NCBI GenBank assembly: GCA_038087875.1
Contig: CM075993.1
Coordinates: 5,086,001 to 5,146,000, forward strand
Length of the DNA stretch: 60,000 nt
Reading direction: 5' to 3'
Source: Malacoraja senta
Lineage: Eukaryota
Below are positions 36,106 to 50,445 of this stretch, one piece after another. The position numbers were made by a program, and so were the translations under genes. A model generated the notes under the pieces. That model made no database searches. It was not told the origin of the DNA and was given only the letters and a program-made list of their open reading frames with translations. The stretch's first letter is position 1, and each line of letters starts with the position of its first letter.

Positions 36106-36472
36106 TAGAGACATTTTGGCATGCTGACATCTTCAGTAACTCTCCACAGATTCTACCACTCATCAACAAGCAATAAGGGCAAACTACATCGGATCAATGC
36201 CCGACCAACCTGCAAGTTGTTGGGACGTGGGGGCAAACCAGAGCACCCAAAGGAAACCCACAAAAGTCACAAGGAGAACGTACAAAGTCCGCAGAGAGAG
36301 CACCATAACTCACCGTTGTACCTGGTCACTGGAGCTATGAGGTTTTGACTCCACTAGCTGCACCAATACATGGTCAAACAGTATAAAACTGCTTTTAAAT
36401 TGGTCAATTATTCAGTCATAACACTCAGGCAAATTGAAAAGATGGTTTCCGAAAAAATGGATTGGAATATAG

Positions 36473-36707
36473 CAAGGGTTCCCAACCTGGGGTAAAATTA
36501 CCCTCAGGTGGTAAATTCCGCCTACCCAGGGGGTAAATTTGTTGATTCTGGATTTGTACATATTTTTTTCGCATTGACTGACTGTGTTTGGTTCTGGTAT
36601 ACCAGCATCTGTTCATCATTAGTTGTTCATAAATAAGTGAAATAACATTGTTATGTGCTATCAAAGTTGCCAGGGGTAAACTGGACGAGATAGGTTGGGA
36701 GCCGCTG
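36473..36707. mobile_element. hAT (Charlie-like) MITE
   Basis: TIRs CAAGGGTTCCCAACCT / AGGTTGGGAGCCGCTG, 8-bp TSD GAATATAG / GAATAAAG, and subterminal GGGGTAAA repeats. Confidence 0.85.
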
Positions 36708-37784
36708 GAATAAAGCTCAATGCTCCAGCAGAGTTCAATGAACTTTATTTTTACATCTATTCAATGCCACTTACTTATATCCAGGTGCTGAGAATGAAAG
36801 ATAATTTCATTCAAACTATTTCACGAGACATTAGTTCCTGGAGTTCTGTTTTTGAAAGAAAAATGATGAGTTTAGCAGCCTTCATATTTCCAATTAGTAT
36901 TTTTCTCAGCTCCTGAAGGCAATTTTATATTCTCTTTCATAAACAATGCTGATAGAATAAACTGATCGAAAGATCAGATGATATACAAAGTATACAAATA
37001 CTGGTAATCCAAAAGATGTTAGAACTTGAGCAATATTGTTTGATACAGCAGATGTGATATTGTTATTTCTTGTTTAATTGTGACAGTTAGAAATTGTCTT
37101 GACAGTATTCAGAATTTGTATATGCTTGATTTACCAATTATTTGAATACCAAATATTCAGACTGAATATTTTGCAGGCAGTGCTGTGCTGAAGCATTCAT
37201 GAAAGAAAAATGAATCAGAATTCCTGTTGGGGAAAAAAGTGTTTCTCAAATGTTATCAAAGATGGGGTAGTTGAAGCAAGTAGCATATTTGCCTTAGGTC
37301 AATGAAGGAGATGAAGGAGAACATAAACAAAGGCTATTCAGAGGAGCATCTGTGCAGACAATCCATTGCATGGAATAGACCTTTTAGACAGAACATTCTG
37401 TTCTTTTCTGTGAAGACAAAGTAATTTATTGAAGATATGCAGCAACAATAAATTAAACCAAGATGACAATGATATCTATGCTGAATTTAATACACCCTAC
37501 ACTGCAAAGCTCTGATGACAGAACATAGATATTTTGCCTTCAGATAGTCCCTGGTGTTCCAAATCCAAATGCAATTCTAAGTTTGTACGTATGGCTACAG
37601 AAAATGAGGGACAAAATTGATTATTTTAGGATGCAGGGCAATTGTGTAACTATACGTGCAGTTTGCATCGTTAAACCTGCTTTTAAATTCTCATCCTTTG
37701 GTGGAGCAGTTTAATTGTAATTAAAGCAACAGCAAACAAAAAAAATATATGATCTGCCCTCTAACACGAATACATCATGTTGCA

Positions 37785-37950
37785 AGACACAAAATGCTGG
37801 AGTAACTCAGCGGGACAGGCAGCATCTCTGGAGAGAAGGAATGGGTGACGTTTCGGGTTGAGACTTCTCTCCAGAGATGCTGCCTGTGAGTTACTCCAGC
37901 ATTTTGTGTCTTTTTCTGGTTTAAACCAGCATCTGCAGTTCCTTCCTATA
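37785..37950. mobile_element. Penelope-derived inverted-repeat element
   Basis: gacacaaaatgctggagtaactca...tgagttactccagcattttgtgtc, flanked by the direct repeat tacatcatgttg. Confidence 0.8.
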
Positions 37951-38100
37951 CATCATGTTGTAACAGCTGCAACAATTATCTTTTTACTGTCTGCACAAAC
38001 TTAAGTCGCAGTGTAAAATATAAGATAAAGATATAACGTTGCAATTCTGTTTATGCTCATTACTGGAAAATCATAAAGAAAAAGCAATAAAGTGAATACT

Positions 38101-38520
38101 TAAGAAGGAACTGCAGATGCTGGAAAAATCGAAGGTAGACAAAATTGCTGGGGAAACTCAGCGGGTGAGGCAGCATCTATGGAGCGAAGGAATAGGTGAC
38201 GTTTCGGGTTGAGACCCTTCTTCAGACTGATGTGGGGGTGGGTGGGGGGCGGGAAGAAGAAAGGAAGAGGCGGAGACAGTGGGCTGTGGGAGAGCTGGGA
38301 TGGGGAAGGAGGGAAAAAGCAAGAACTACCTGAAATTGAAGCTCAATGTTCATACCGCTGAGGTGTAAATCACCCAAGTGAAATATGAGGTGCTGCTCCT
38401 CCAATTTGCGGTGGGACTCACTCTGGCCATGGAGGAGGCCCAGAACAGAAAGGTCGGATTCAGAATGGGAGGGGGAGTTAAAGTGCTGAGCCACCGGGAC
38501 ATCAGGTTGGTTAATACGAA
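38101..38520 (-). mobile_element. Penelope-like element 3' end: GIY-YIG endonuclease C-terminus plus 3' terminal repeat
   Basis: AQHFNSPSHSESDLSVLGL...RKLEEQHLIFHLG.L...GMNIE, followed by the terminal segment repeated throughout the window. Confidence 0.85.
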
Positions 38521-39048
38521 CTGTGCGGAGGATACTGTTGTTTTAACCCAAAATCTTCAATTGCATGGAATTTGGAGCATAGGAATAGGCTAGGAATATG
38601 AAGATTATGACCATCTAAACAGGTAGTTGCACTTCCTACCTGCACTTTTCCATCTTATTTCCATTAGAAACAATCCTGATTGAATTAAGAGACCTTTAAA
38701 TAATTATAAGGATAATTAATATTTAAACTTGATCAGTACTGCTTAAGCTTTCATTAACAAGAGTTTATTCAAATGGTGATACCTTTGATTTCCCCCCCTC
38801 AAAACTACACAATCAATAGCTCCTTCATTTACTCCTCTGGATAACACATTTGCAAAACCAAACAAAAATAAAAACATTAGGATCAGTATAACTTGTAACA
38901 ATCCATGAAACTGCCCAATGTCGTAGAAAACAAAGTTAGCAAGTGAGCTACTTGAAATGACTTTTCAGTCATTGCACTTTTTAATAAGTGACCCAAGGCA
39001 TTTTTGAATCATATAAAGGTCCAAATGTCGATGAGTACATTTTGTGTG

Positions 39049-39194
39049 CAGTGGCGGACTGGCCAGGGTGTCAGCTTGCCCGATGGCAAGTGGGCCCCTG
39101 ATGAAGAAGGCACCCTATATCAAGTGGGGCCCCTGATGAAGTGGGCCCCCTTTGTCTCCTGGCAACCAATATTTTTAGACCCAGTCAGCCACTG
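39049..39194. mobile_element. hAT MITE (146 bp)
   Basis: TIRs CAGTGGCGGACTGG / CCAGTCAGCCACTG with a perfect 8-bp TSD TTTGTGTG (39041-39048 and 39195-39202). Confidence 0.92.
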
Positions 39195-39239
39195 TTTGTG
39201 TGTATCTGTTTTGCACCATTTGGACTTGAACTGTTTTAA

Positions 39240-39532
39240 CTACACAGCCAAGGAAGACACAAACAATCTCCCAGAAATACTAGGGGACCGAGGATCTAGT
39301 GGTAGGGAGGAACTGAAGGGAATCTACATTAGTAAGGAAATGGTGTTATGTAAACTGTTGGGACTGAAGGCAGATAAATCCCCAGGGCCTGATGGTCTGC
39401 ATCCTAGAGTACTCAAGGAGGTAGCCCTAGAAATCGTGGATGCGTTGGTGATCATTTTCCAATGTTCTCTTGACTCTGGATCAGTTCCTGTGGACTGGAG
39501 GGTAGCCAATGTAACTCTACTTTTTAAGAACG

Positions 39533-39610
<78 letters not shown>

Positions 39611-40738
39611 GAGAAAACGGGGAATTATAGACCAGTTAACCTGGTATTGACATGGATAGAGAACTGGTTGGCAGACAGGAACCAAAGAGTAGGAATTAAT
39701 GGGTCCTTTTCAGAATGGCAGGCAGTGACTAATGGGGTGCCGCAAAGTTCACTGCTGGGCCCCAGTTATTTACAATATATATTAACGATTTAGGCAAGGG
39801 AATTAAATGTGACATCTCCATGTTTGCAGCTGACACAAAGCTGGGTAGCAGTGTGAGCTGCGATGAGGATGCTATGAGGCAATAGGGTGACTTGGATAGG
39901 TTGGGTGAGTGGGCAGATGCATGGCAGATGCAGTACAATGTGGATAAAAGTGAGGTTATCCACTTTGGTGGAAAGAACAGGAAGGCAGATTATTATCTGA
40001 ATGGTGTCAGATTAGGAAAAGAGGAGGTGCAACAAGACCTGGGTGTGCTTGTACATCAGTCACTGAAAGTAAGCATGCAGGTACAGCAGGCAGTGAAGAA
40101 AGCTAATGGCATGTTGGCCTTCATTGCGAGAGGATTTGAGTTTAGGAGCAAGGGGGCCCTACTGCAGTTGTACAGGGCCCTGGTGAGACTGCACCTGGAG
40201 TATTGTGTGCAATTTTGGTCTCCTAATTTGAGGAAGGACATTATTGCTATTGAGGGAGTGGAGCGTAGGTTCACCAGGTTAATTCCCTGGATGGCGGACT
40301 GACATTTGATGAAAGAATGGGTCGACTGGGCTTGTATTCACTGGAATTTAGGATGAGAGGAGATTTTATAGAAACATAAAATTCTTAAAGGATTGGACAG
40401 GCAGGAAAAATGTTCCCGATGTTTGGGGGAGTCCAGAACCAATCACAGTTTAAGAATAAGGGGTAGGACATTTAGGACTGAGATGAGGAAATGTTTTTTC
40501 ACCCAGTGAGTTGTGAATCTGTGGAATTCTCTGCCATAGAAGGCAGTGGAGGCCAATTCACTGGATGTTTTCAAGAGAGAGTTAGATTTAGCTCTCAAGA
40601 CTAAAGAAATCAAGGGATATGGGGAAAAAGCAGGAATGGGGTACTGATTTTAGATGATCAGCCCTGATCATATTGAATGGCAGTGCTGGCTCGAAGGGCC
40701 GAATGGCCTGTTCCTGCACCTATTTATCTATGTTTCTA
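39240..40738 (+). mobile_element. HER1/CR1 LINE, 5'-truncated RT with internal deletions and stops
   Basis: LKADKSPGPDGLHPRVLKE...PVDWRVANVT, FAADT, WADAWQMQYNVDK...[13 protein letters not shown], and tail tatctatgtttct. Confidence 0.93.
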
Positions 40739-41879
40739 GCTACCGGGGTAACAGAATCACCAACATAATTGTCCTCACAAACCATTTTTTCAATTAAATA
40801 GAAAACATTGTGGGGCAGAGATAATCAAAGCCGTTACAACGCCTGTACACATATCAAACATGTTGCAAATCTCCAATAATTATTAATTTCAATTACATAA
40901 GAATGAAGTCTGCAACAGATCATGACTGTTTCTGTTAGTTCTTCCATCTGTCAGCAATGGGAGGTGAAGAAATGTTCTTTTTTCGCCAGGTGAGCAGTGA
41001 ATGGAAAAGAGGCCATGAGCTCAATAACACTGCAATTATATAGAGATGAATGAACATTTGCAAATATACTCAATGCTTTAAATGAGGCAGGAATTTAGTA
41101 GAGATGCAAGTGCAAGAACAAGTTATTTAGATCTATCTCCAAGTTCAGATATTAAATTGAAACAAAATTGTTCATCTTCAACCGATTGTGTCGTGTGTTG
41201 CAATTTAAAAAAGTTGGGAGAACAGATGTGAGGAAATTCTTCAAGATGGTTATACATGATGGTTGTGATGGCCAGCACAAATACAAATACAAATGCCTGT
41301 GTTTGTGTTGCATCTCTGGTCAGATCAGATCAGTTTATTGTCTATACACCAGAGCGCAATGAAATTCCTTGTTCACATGAAGCTCATAGAGTAAATAGTA
41401 TACATGATAATGATAAATACAACAACAAATACAACGACGAGTGCAAAGCAGCAGAAAAGTGCAAAGATTCAGGTGCAAAAAAATATATTAAAGTGCAATC
41501 ATGTAATAAGCAAATAAAAGTAGAGTAAAAGTCCAAGGCAGCACCGGCAGGAAGGGGGAGTGAAAAAGAATATTGGTTCTCTGGTTCATAGCAGTGGGGA
41601 AGAAGCTGTTCTTGTGTTTGGACATCCAGGCTTTTAAGTTGCTGTATCTTCTCCCAGAAGGCTGAAAATAAATGGAAAGGCCAGGATGGCCGGCCTGCTT
41701 GACTCCATTAAAATGTATGTATCATATCATAAAAGTATTTGTCTATTTGCTGCATATTATTACATATAGATGGAAATATTTTGATTAAAGTTGCTTATCA
41801 GCATCACATAACTGATTCAACCTCCGATATTTTGGTTATCTTTGTACAGTCGTTGTTCTTGGATAAAGTGTAATTCCAA

Positions 41880-42160
41880 CAATGGGAGAGTCTAGGTCCA
41901 GAGGCCATAGCCTCAGATTAAAAGGACGTACCTTTAGAAAGGAGATGAGGAGAAATTTCTTTAGTCAGAGGGTGATGAATCTGTGGGATTAATTGCCACA
42001 GACGCTATGGAGGCCAAGTCATTGGGTATTTTAAAACCGGAGATTGACAGGTTCTGGATTAGTAAGGGCATCAAAGGTTATGGGGAGAAGGCAGGAGAAT
42101 GGGGTTTAGAGGGAAAGATAAATCCCAAGATGGGCTTAGTGGTCTAATTCTGCTTCTATT
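41880..42160 (+). mobile_element. CR1 LINE 3' remnant
   Basis: ggagatgaggagaaatttctttagtcagagggtg. A related minus-strand copy lies at 47690-47945. Confidence 0.75.
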
Positions 42161-42819
42161 ACTTATACCACCCTCAATACTTTATGAAATGTAGTGAGCA
42201 AAGTGGCCATTTACAAGAAACTTGCGAACTTCCCTTACCAGTTCACTGGGGATATTGGGAAACTTGTCTTTCAGCCACAATTGCGCTAAAGCCAGTTCCC
42301 TTTCCACCCACGCACACACTCTGAAGAACTTCACTTAATCGCAGCACAAAAGATGTCCATTGAACCTATTGGCTTGGTGAATGTTGCTACTGAATCAAAC
42401 TCATTCCTTGGTCCTTTTATTTGTAGTCACAGGATGCAGACATTGCTGGCATGACCAATGCTTACTTTCCATCCCTTGTCACTACTGGATTGAAAGGGTG
42501 GTTAACTGAGGCACACCGGTGGTTGTGGAGCCATATACAAACAAAGTGAGTTGTTTTTCAGTTTTTGATTTTACTTCAATTCAGGGATGCGTTTCCAAGT
42601 TTTCATTAGCATACAGCAAAATCTGTTAATGTTACTTAAAAACAGTCAATAAGATGCATCAATCTTCAGTCTCTGTAAGCAAAGATAGATTGAAATAACA
42701 AAGCTCTGACATGCCCGTATGTTGGGAAACTACATGGTGAAGCTATTCTATGCTTTTACATTTTTAAGCGGACAGCACGTGTAGGATTTGGACAAAGTGA
42801 GAAAGAAAGACGTATTTTA

Positions 42820-42962
42820 AAAAACTCAGCGGGGTGAGGCAGAATCTATGGAGCGAAGGAAACACATAGATTCACTCCATAGATGCTGCCTCACCCGCTG
42901 AGTTTCTCCAGCTTTTTTTTATCTACCTTCGATTTTTCCAGCATCTGCAGTTCTTTCTTAAA
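42820..42962. mobile_element. Penelope-derived inverted-repeat element
   Basis: aactcagcggggtgaggcag...ctgcctcacccgctgagtt. Confidence 0.75.
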
Positions 42963-45900
42963 CAAGAAAGACGTAAAGCTTCTTGTTGTATGGAGGTTGT
43001 GGATTTTCTTCGTGTTGACGCTTTACTCAAACAGGTAGGGAAGCTGAAGCAATTTACTTTGCAATCAGTCAGTCAATCGGTTCAACAATGAAACTGATCC
43101 TGGTGGTCACAGTGTTTTGCTGGTGTCCTTTTAATTAGGATAATTGTGCTGTGTTGAACACTGAACTCCGTTTCACTTTGTTTTTTCATTCCATTTCTGT
43201 CCTTGCTTTTACTATTACAATTTTTTTTCATGTCACACCATTGGTTACCTCGCTGTTAAGAAAGGGAATGTTTATGAAGCTTCAATCGCTTGCTAGTTGT
43301 TTAAATGCACACCATTCATGGGTGCATAGGCAGGACGACAGACTTTGATTTAATCTGTTGGCAATGGCAGAGCCTTGAATGTACAAACTATATGGCACCC
43401 ACTCTGGGATAAGATTTTGAAGAATGAATAATTCAGTTCCCGATGCTGTACCTGACATGCTCTTCCAATTCCCTTGTTGAACCAAGTCTATATTAATTGT
43501 AGAAGAAGGATATGCCAGGCCATGCGGTTACATTTGGTCTACAATTCTAGTGTTGCTGGAGAAACACTACACCTCATGCATACCTGGTTTCATGTTCTGA
43601 ATCTATCCCATTTAATACAATGATTGTGATGCAGAATTTCCTCATTGTGAGGATAGAATTTGCCCCTGCAACAATTGTGTTACTGTAGTTACTTCTATCA
43701 AAACCATCAGAGATACATCCATGGCAAAGATTTGAGAGAAAGTTTGGGCTATTTCTTTGTTGGCTCTCCAATCAATCTTAGTCTTATATTTACAAGCTTT
43801 CACTTAACTGATCAATGAAACGGCTCTCCCAATTTATGCAAGATCCCATTTATTGTTGAGGAAGACTGTGGGCAAAAAGTTACTGGTGGGATATATGATT
43901 ACAATGAAGTCTTACACTTTAATTGAAAAATATACTCTACTTCATTGTTGAATTGCTAGTTTCTTTAACCAGGCATATCTTTTATAATTGTCCTTGAAGC
44001 TTGAAGGAAATGTTCTGCTTTTCCTCTGGTCCCTTGACACTGGTTTTAATGACCCTTCAAATAGCATCCCCTCACACGTGCATCAGTAGATCGTTGAGAA
44101 ACTATGAACATTCTAGCTTTAAAGTGGTTTTGTTGAGTCTCATTATCCGTAACTCGCTTTCATCTAGCCCACAGCTAACAATGGCCCATTTCCTTTATAA
44201 TCGTTCATTCATTATTCTATATCTCTCTATAGAATCTCTATAGATTCTATATCTCTATATTCTATATCTCTCTATATCACCGTCAATATCTCTAGTTTCC
44301 CTTTCCCGAGTCTCAGTTTGAAGAATGGTCTTGACCCAAAACGTCACCTGTTCCTTTTCTCCAGAGATGCTGCCTGACCCGCTGACTTACTCCAGTGTTC
44401 TGTGTCCATCTCCGGTTTAAACCAGCATCTGCAGTTCCTCCCTGTACATGTGAAGTATCTTTAATCCATAAGGCTAAAAATGTAGACGCTTGAAGACTGA
44501 AATAAAACACTCGAGAGCTCGTTAACAGGTCAGGCAGCATCTGTATTGTCTCATACAGAACTGTGTACAAGATGAAAGGTCACTGACCTGAAAAGTTAAC
44601 TCTTTCTTTCTCCATAGCTACTGTATTTTCTGCTATGATCAGCCTAGTCTCATTCAAAAATACCTTAAGCACTGTGTAAGACATTGTGACTGTGAAAAGA
44701 GACAAGATAAAATGCTGGCGGGATGGATAGCAATATAAACACTGGTGTAACTGTATTGCACAATTATAACTTTTTATTGTGGAGACAAATCATGCTAATG
44801 GAAATAAGCAAATTTGATTACCGGTATATAAAAATAAAAAAAATAACCAATCATTTAAGTTTGGTTTATTGTACCCAGTGTTTTCTTTAAAGTCCATCTC
44901 TGGGACTGAACCAGCAAAGATATGAAAAATATGACTATCTAGTTGAAACATCGAAGATATTGCTGAGCGGAGGCACAGCAGATGGCAGATGCTAGAATCT
45001 GTAGCAAAAAAGTCCATCAGGAAAAACTCAGCAGGTCAGGCAGCATCCATGGAGGGAAATGACCAGTCAAACATTGAGTCGAGTTGATACCCATCATTGA
45101 CACTGTCACAGTTGTCTGGTCTTCAGGTTGCAAGATTCAAGATTCAAGATTCAAGAGAGTTTATTGTCATGTGTCCCAGATAGGACAATGAAATTCTTGC
45201 TTTGCTTCAATATTGTACAGGTAGATATTGAACAAACCAAATGGAAAATCCACAAGCTCTGTCCATTTACAATAGATTTTATAATTGTGATACTTTAGCT
45301 ACTCCAGCAGACAGTACTGTTTTACATTGGGAAATTTATGAATTGGGAAGCCTAGGAAGGGATGCATTTCAAATTTGGACAGCAACAACAGAAATTTGGC
45401 AGGTATAATTTGTAGTTGTTTGAACCATCTAGGAAAAAAAAATTCAGGTGTTTGGCAAATTCAACAGTGCTTGTTTAAATTGCTGCTGCGATTTTCAGGT
45501 GAAATTTTTAGTGTGTATGAAGTTCAGTAATGATCTCATTGGGGAATCATAGTCTATGCATGCAGATTCACTCATCAAAACCAGGTATAAATGTCTGACT
45601 TAACACATATGACTATTATCATAAAGACAAGCACCTATTAACATCCAACACCTGTCCAGTATTCTCCTTGTTATTTTCTTTCCTCCATGGAGAAGCCCAG
45701 TTCTTCAGAGAGCAGCACACAATGGCTGTTCCCAGAAAGAAACACACACAGATAAGAGATGCGGTGAAACTAAAACAGCAAACAAGGATTTTTTTTTTTT
45801 GGACTAATTTTCCCTCGGGATATTGCATAGTGGATGTCTTCATTCTTCAAGTAAGAGGCTTAGTAATGAAGGTTTAACTTGAGAAATTAGGACATCTGTG

Positions 45901-47689
45901 CAATGTCCAGTTTATGGAATAGTAGTTATCTGTTGTACAATGCAGGCTTGTGCTCACTCGTTACAAGGCACAACTGAAAGAGCAGTGGAGACCAGGCAAA
46001 ACGGATTGAAAAATTATCTGAAAACATGATACATGTTAAATATTGAAAAACAATGGAGATTTTCATTAAAATAATAACAATTTAGCAATCAAAGTGGATA
46101 TCATTCTTCATACAAGATATTTTCTGCATCTAGATACTTTAGATGTGAAACAACTACTTAGGGTCTTAAGAAGGGTCTCAACCTAAAATGTCGCCTATCC
46201 ACGTTCTCCAAAGCTGCTGCCGGACATGCTAAGTTACTCCAGCACTTTGTGTCCTTCTGTACACTAACCAGCATCTTTCTACAACTACTTAGTAAACTTT
46301 TTTTGGTATGGTTTTTCCCTAAAAAATTTGTGAATGCCAGTGTTCAATTTTCAGGATATAGTCAGCAGCTATTCCAATTTGAGTAATCCCATCAATGACT
46401 TGCACTGACTTCCTAAAGGGAATTGGTTACAAGAAACAAAGAAAGAAAAGAATAGAAACAAACACTTATATAGCAGCTAAGTCTGGTCTCTGGTCTCAAA
46501 ACATCCAAAGTGCATCACAAACATTAATTGCAGCCCCATGGAAAGCTAACCAACTTTATGCTTTCAGCGTACACATACTTTGTGGATATAACAACATGAT
46601 AGTTATGTGAAAGAGCAAAGAAAAGCATATTTTGAATGGCAGAAATATTATATGAAGGGACGTTTCCTTGAGACTTGCAAAATGTAATGTTATTGGTATC
46701 ATTTAACAAGGTTTTTTTCAGTTACAGGAACAGGCTCATGTGAAATAGATTGTCCAGTCATTGAATGGTTGGATTCATATTGGTACCTCTCATCTTGCTA
46801 ACTTAAAAAAGAAAATCAAAGAACTCCTGTTATCAATTGAAATGCTTCACTAATTTCAGTCCAGTAGAGATATACTGTACATGTAATATAGCCACCTAAC
46901 CCCTTGGAAATTGCACAATACTTTGCTCAATATACACATATCCTTGCATCTTTTCACATGCCACCAATTGCTCACTCTTCATTGGGATGATTTACTCAAG
47001 CAGAAAACAAGTTGCAACATGAATCTAGCAATTCTACTTAAATTCAACAATTCACTTCATTGATCTACGGTTTAGCTAACTAGATCCAGTAACTTCTCTT
47101 CTTGCTCCTGCAATTAATCTCAAATCTCCCAAGAAACCGTTATTGCCCCTTTTCCTTATTGACTTGCCATTTTTTCAGTGACACCATGTAAAAAACCCAT
47201 CAGATTCAAGACAGACATACATTCCCCAACACTACCATGCCATCTCTCCCAATCGTGTCATTGCCAGTTAAGGATGCCTGATCAATATCCAGCAATGAAT
47301 GAGCTGAGATTTTTTCCAACTCTTCGAAAGAACTAAATAAAATCATTGGAGCCCTGTCTGTTTTCCTTTAATTAAGCAGCTTGTTTAACGTATTTTTATC
47401 TGGTTACTGAGACACCATTAACCAATGGTGAAGCTAAGACAAGAGTCATAATTATACATCCGTTATAGTGAAATGTCAAACTGATTGTAAAATGGAAAAA
47501 ATCGTACCTCAACATATTCATAGTTAAAATCCAGTTATAAATCTAGAATATTTGCACAGATTGATTGTTTATAAACCTTCGTTTAAAAATATAAACTAGA
47601 TCATAAATTAATCAATGATTTTAAATTAATATTTTTGAATACGAATTTTAAAAGAACTTTACAATGGAGAAAAGTCAACTGACTATAAG

Positions 47690-47945
47690 ACAAAGGAGGA
47701 GAATTAGACCATTCGGTCCATCGAGTCTACTCCGCCATTCAATCATGGTTGATCTATCTTTCCCTCTTGACTTGTTTTCTGCCTGCTCCCAATAACCTTT
47801 AACAGCCTCTATCATTAACCTGTCAATCTCTGCTTTAAAAATACCCAATGACTTTGCCACACATGGCTGTGGAGGCCACAAATTCCACAGATTCACCACC
47901 CTATGGCTAAAGAAACCACTCCTCATCTCCTTTCTAAAGGTACGC
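47690..47945 (-). mobile_element. CR1 LINE 3' remnant
   Basis: TFRKEMRSGFFSHRVVNLWN. Confidence 0.78.
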
Positions 47946-50157
47946 GCAACAAACACGTTTTTGTCAGTTTATTTTCATATGCTGCAAACATCCAAGATCG
48001 CATTAAATAAATAAACATGATCGAACAATCATCTTTGATACTGAATTCCACGCCCGACCTCTTTGTAAAGATACAATTTATGCTTACTCCTGCGTCTTTT
48101 TGTTCTCACTCATCATTCACATTTGTATGATCATACTCCTTTGTTACTTTGAAGACCTCTGCTGGAACACCAATAAACTTTCCTAGATCCATTAAAAATT
48201 AGCTGCAAGTTCATCCTCATTCCAACCAGTCATTTAAGATTTGATTACCCATTCCATACAGAGTAAAACGCTGACAATTCAGCACCCTAAGGACTATGCT
48301 TGTGCTCAACTGGCAGATTTTCCAGACCATTACATATTATTCCCATTAATATACCAACGCAGTTTTAATTACCTTTTATTTTTAATTTTTAAGATGTATG
48401 GATTTAAAGGGAGTCCCGGAAAAGGGACACTTGGGAAAAGGACACTTGGGAAATGGGCCACGGTGAGTATAGAGGGATACGAGAAACAGACCTGCTGAAT
48501 TTAAAGAGCAGGAAATAGATGCCAGATGCCAAACCTTCGGGATTTCTGAACAGAATAGCGGATTAACAGAATTCCACTCAGAAGATAAAATTTGATAACA
48601 ACAAATAATTATCTTTAGTCTTATAATAGAAAGAAAATAGACAACATTAAAACGAGCACATTGAAATTACAATAATTGATCATAATCAAAGTACAGGAGG
48701 GAAAAAAAAGACAAAGTACTGGAGTAACTCAGCAGGCCAGGCAGCATCTCTGGATGCAGATGAGGACGTTTTTTGATAGGCAGATGGTTGGACAAAGGCC
48801 AGCGATGAAAAGACAGAAGGTGTGAGACAAAAAGATTGAAAAGTTGCACATTGTGAAGATACAGGAAGGAATTCTCTCTTATCGTATTATTCCCTTATCA
48901 AGTAATCTTTACACTGTAAATTGCTCGAATGTAATCATGTATTGCCTTCCCACTGACTGGGCAGCACACAACAAAAGCTTTTCACTGTACCTTGGTACAC
49001 GTGACAATAAACTAAACTGAATGTAGGTGGAAAGGGAGGGGAGGAATACTTTTCCACCGAACACTTGCACTGTCCACCTATAATTTGTCAGGCTTTGCCC
49101 TGCCACTCCTCTCTTCCAGCTTGCTTTACACCCTTCCCCCCACAATCAATGTTGAGACGGGTCCATAAAAAGTCACCTATGCATGAGATGCAGCCTGACC
49201 CGCTGAGTTATTGCAGCACTGTCTTTTTTGTAAACGAACATCTGCAGTTCCTTCTTCCTACAAAGTACTGCAGGTGCTCAGTGGGCCAGGCAGCATTCCT
49301 GGAGGGAAACAGACAGACGAACCTTGCGTTGAGATCCCTCTGCATACTCTGTCAGTTTCCCTCCACGGATGCTACCTGACCCGCTGAGTACTTTCCATCA
49401 GTACTTTGTTTTTTCTCAGGATTCCAGCATTCTGCAGTCTCTTGTAATCCACATGAATTGACATTGGGGAACTGGTTAGTTCAAGATCAAAGAAAAGCAG
49501 AAACATCCTTTGGGAAAATGAACAAACTCTGAAGTACCCATTGTATTCAACCCCAAATTTCTTTCAAAAGCAGATCTCTGTTTTTACAAAAAAATGTGTA
49601 ATATCTAGGGAACCTCAGGGAATTTATAGCACATGTTGCTGAAAAGTAATAAAAAAAATATGGATGAGTAATTAACCCATCTGAGATGACAGATTTTTCT
49701 TCAATATAATTAAACTTGCCTTAGTTGTAAATGTTAATTTGTGCTTTGATCTTCTGCCCAAGTCATCACTGTGCATGTGGCTTACAACATAGATCAGGAA
49801 GTTCAAAGATCAGCTGGCATCAAACACATACCAAGCTATGCATCAGCCACACCACCGTCTGGTGATTGAATCTTAAATTTGGCATTAAACCAAGTAGATG
49901 TAATGTCCCCCAATTATCAAGACTCTAACTAACGAACCATAATAAAGTATTACAGCCTTTGCTAAGATGAACAAAGTAGCACAATATTATTCATGCCAGT
50001 GTTAGACACAGGAAGATAAGACTAATTGGCTTGTGGTCGAGGCTTTGATACAAGTCACCTGCAGCCTTTAATTGCATGAGTCACCATCCTTTTCGAATTG
50101 CTAATCCTTAGATCATGTACATTTGCCTCAAAATCATTCAAAAAATGCATTTTGTGA

Positions 50158-50445
50158 GCGGCACAGTGGTAAGGTTACTGCCTTACAGCGCCAGAGACCT
50201 GGGTTCGATCCCGACTATGGCTGCTGTCTGCACGGAGTTTGTACGTTCTCCCTGTGATCATGTCGGTTTTCTCCAGGACCACTAGTTTCCTCCCACATTC
50301 CAAAGAGGTGCAGGTTTGTAAATTAATTAGCTCCTGTAAATTATCCCCAGTGTATCGATGAGAACTAGTGCATGCATGATCGCGGTTGGCGTGGAGTTGG
50401 TGAACCGAAGGGCCCGTTTCCACACTATATCTCTAAACTAAACTT
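50158..50445 (+). mobile_element. V-SINE/HE1-like tRNA-derived SINE
   Basis: B-box GGTTCGATCCC, body gtttgtacgttctcc...ttcctcccacattccaaaga, and tail ctaaactaaact. Confidence 0.85.
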
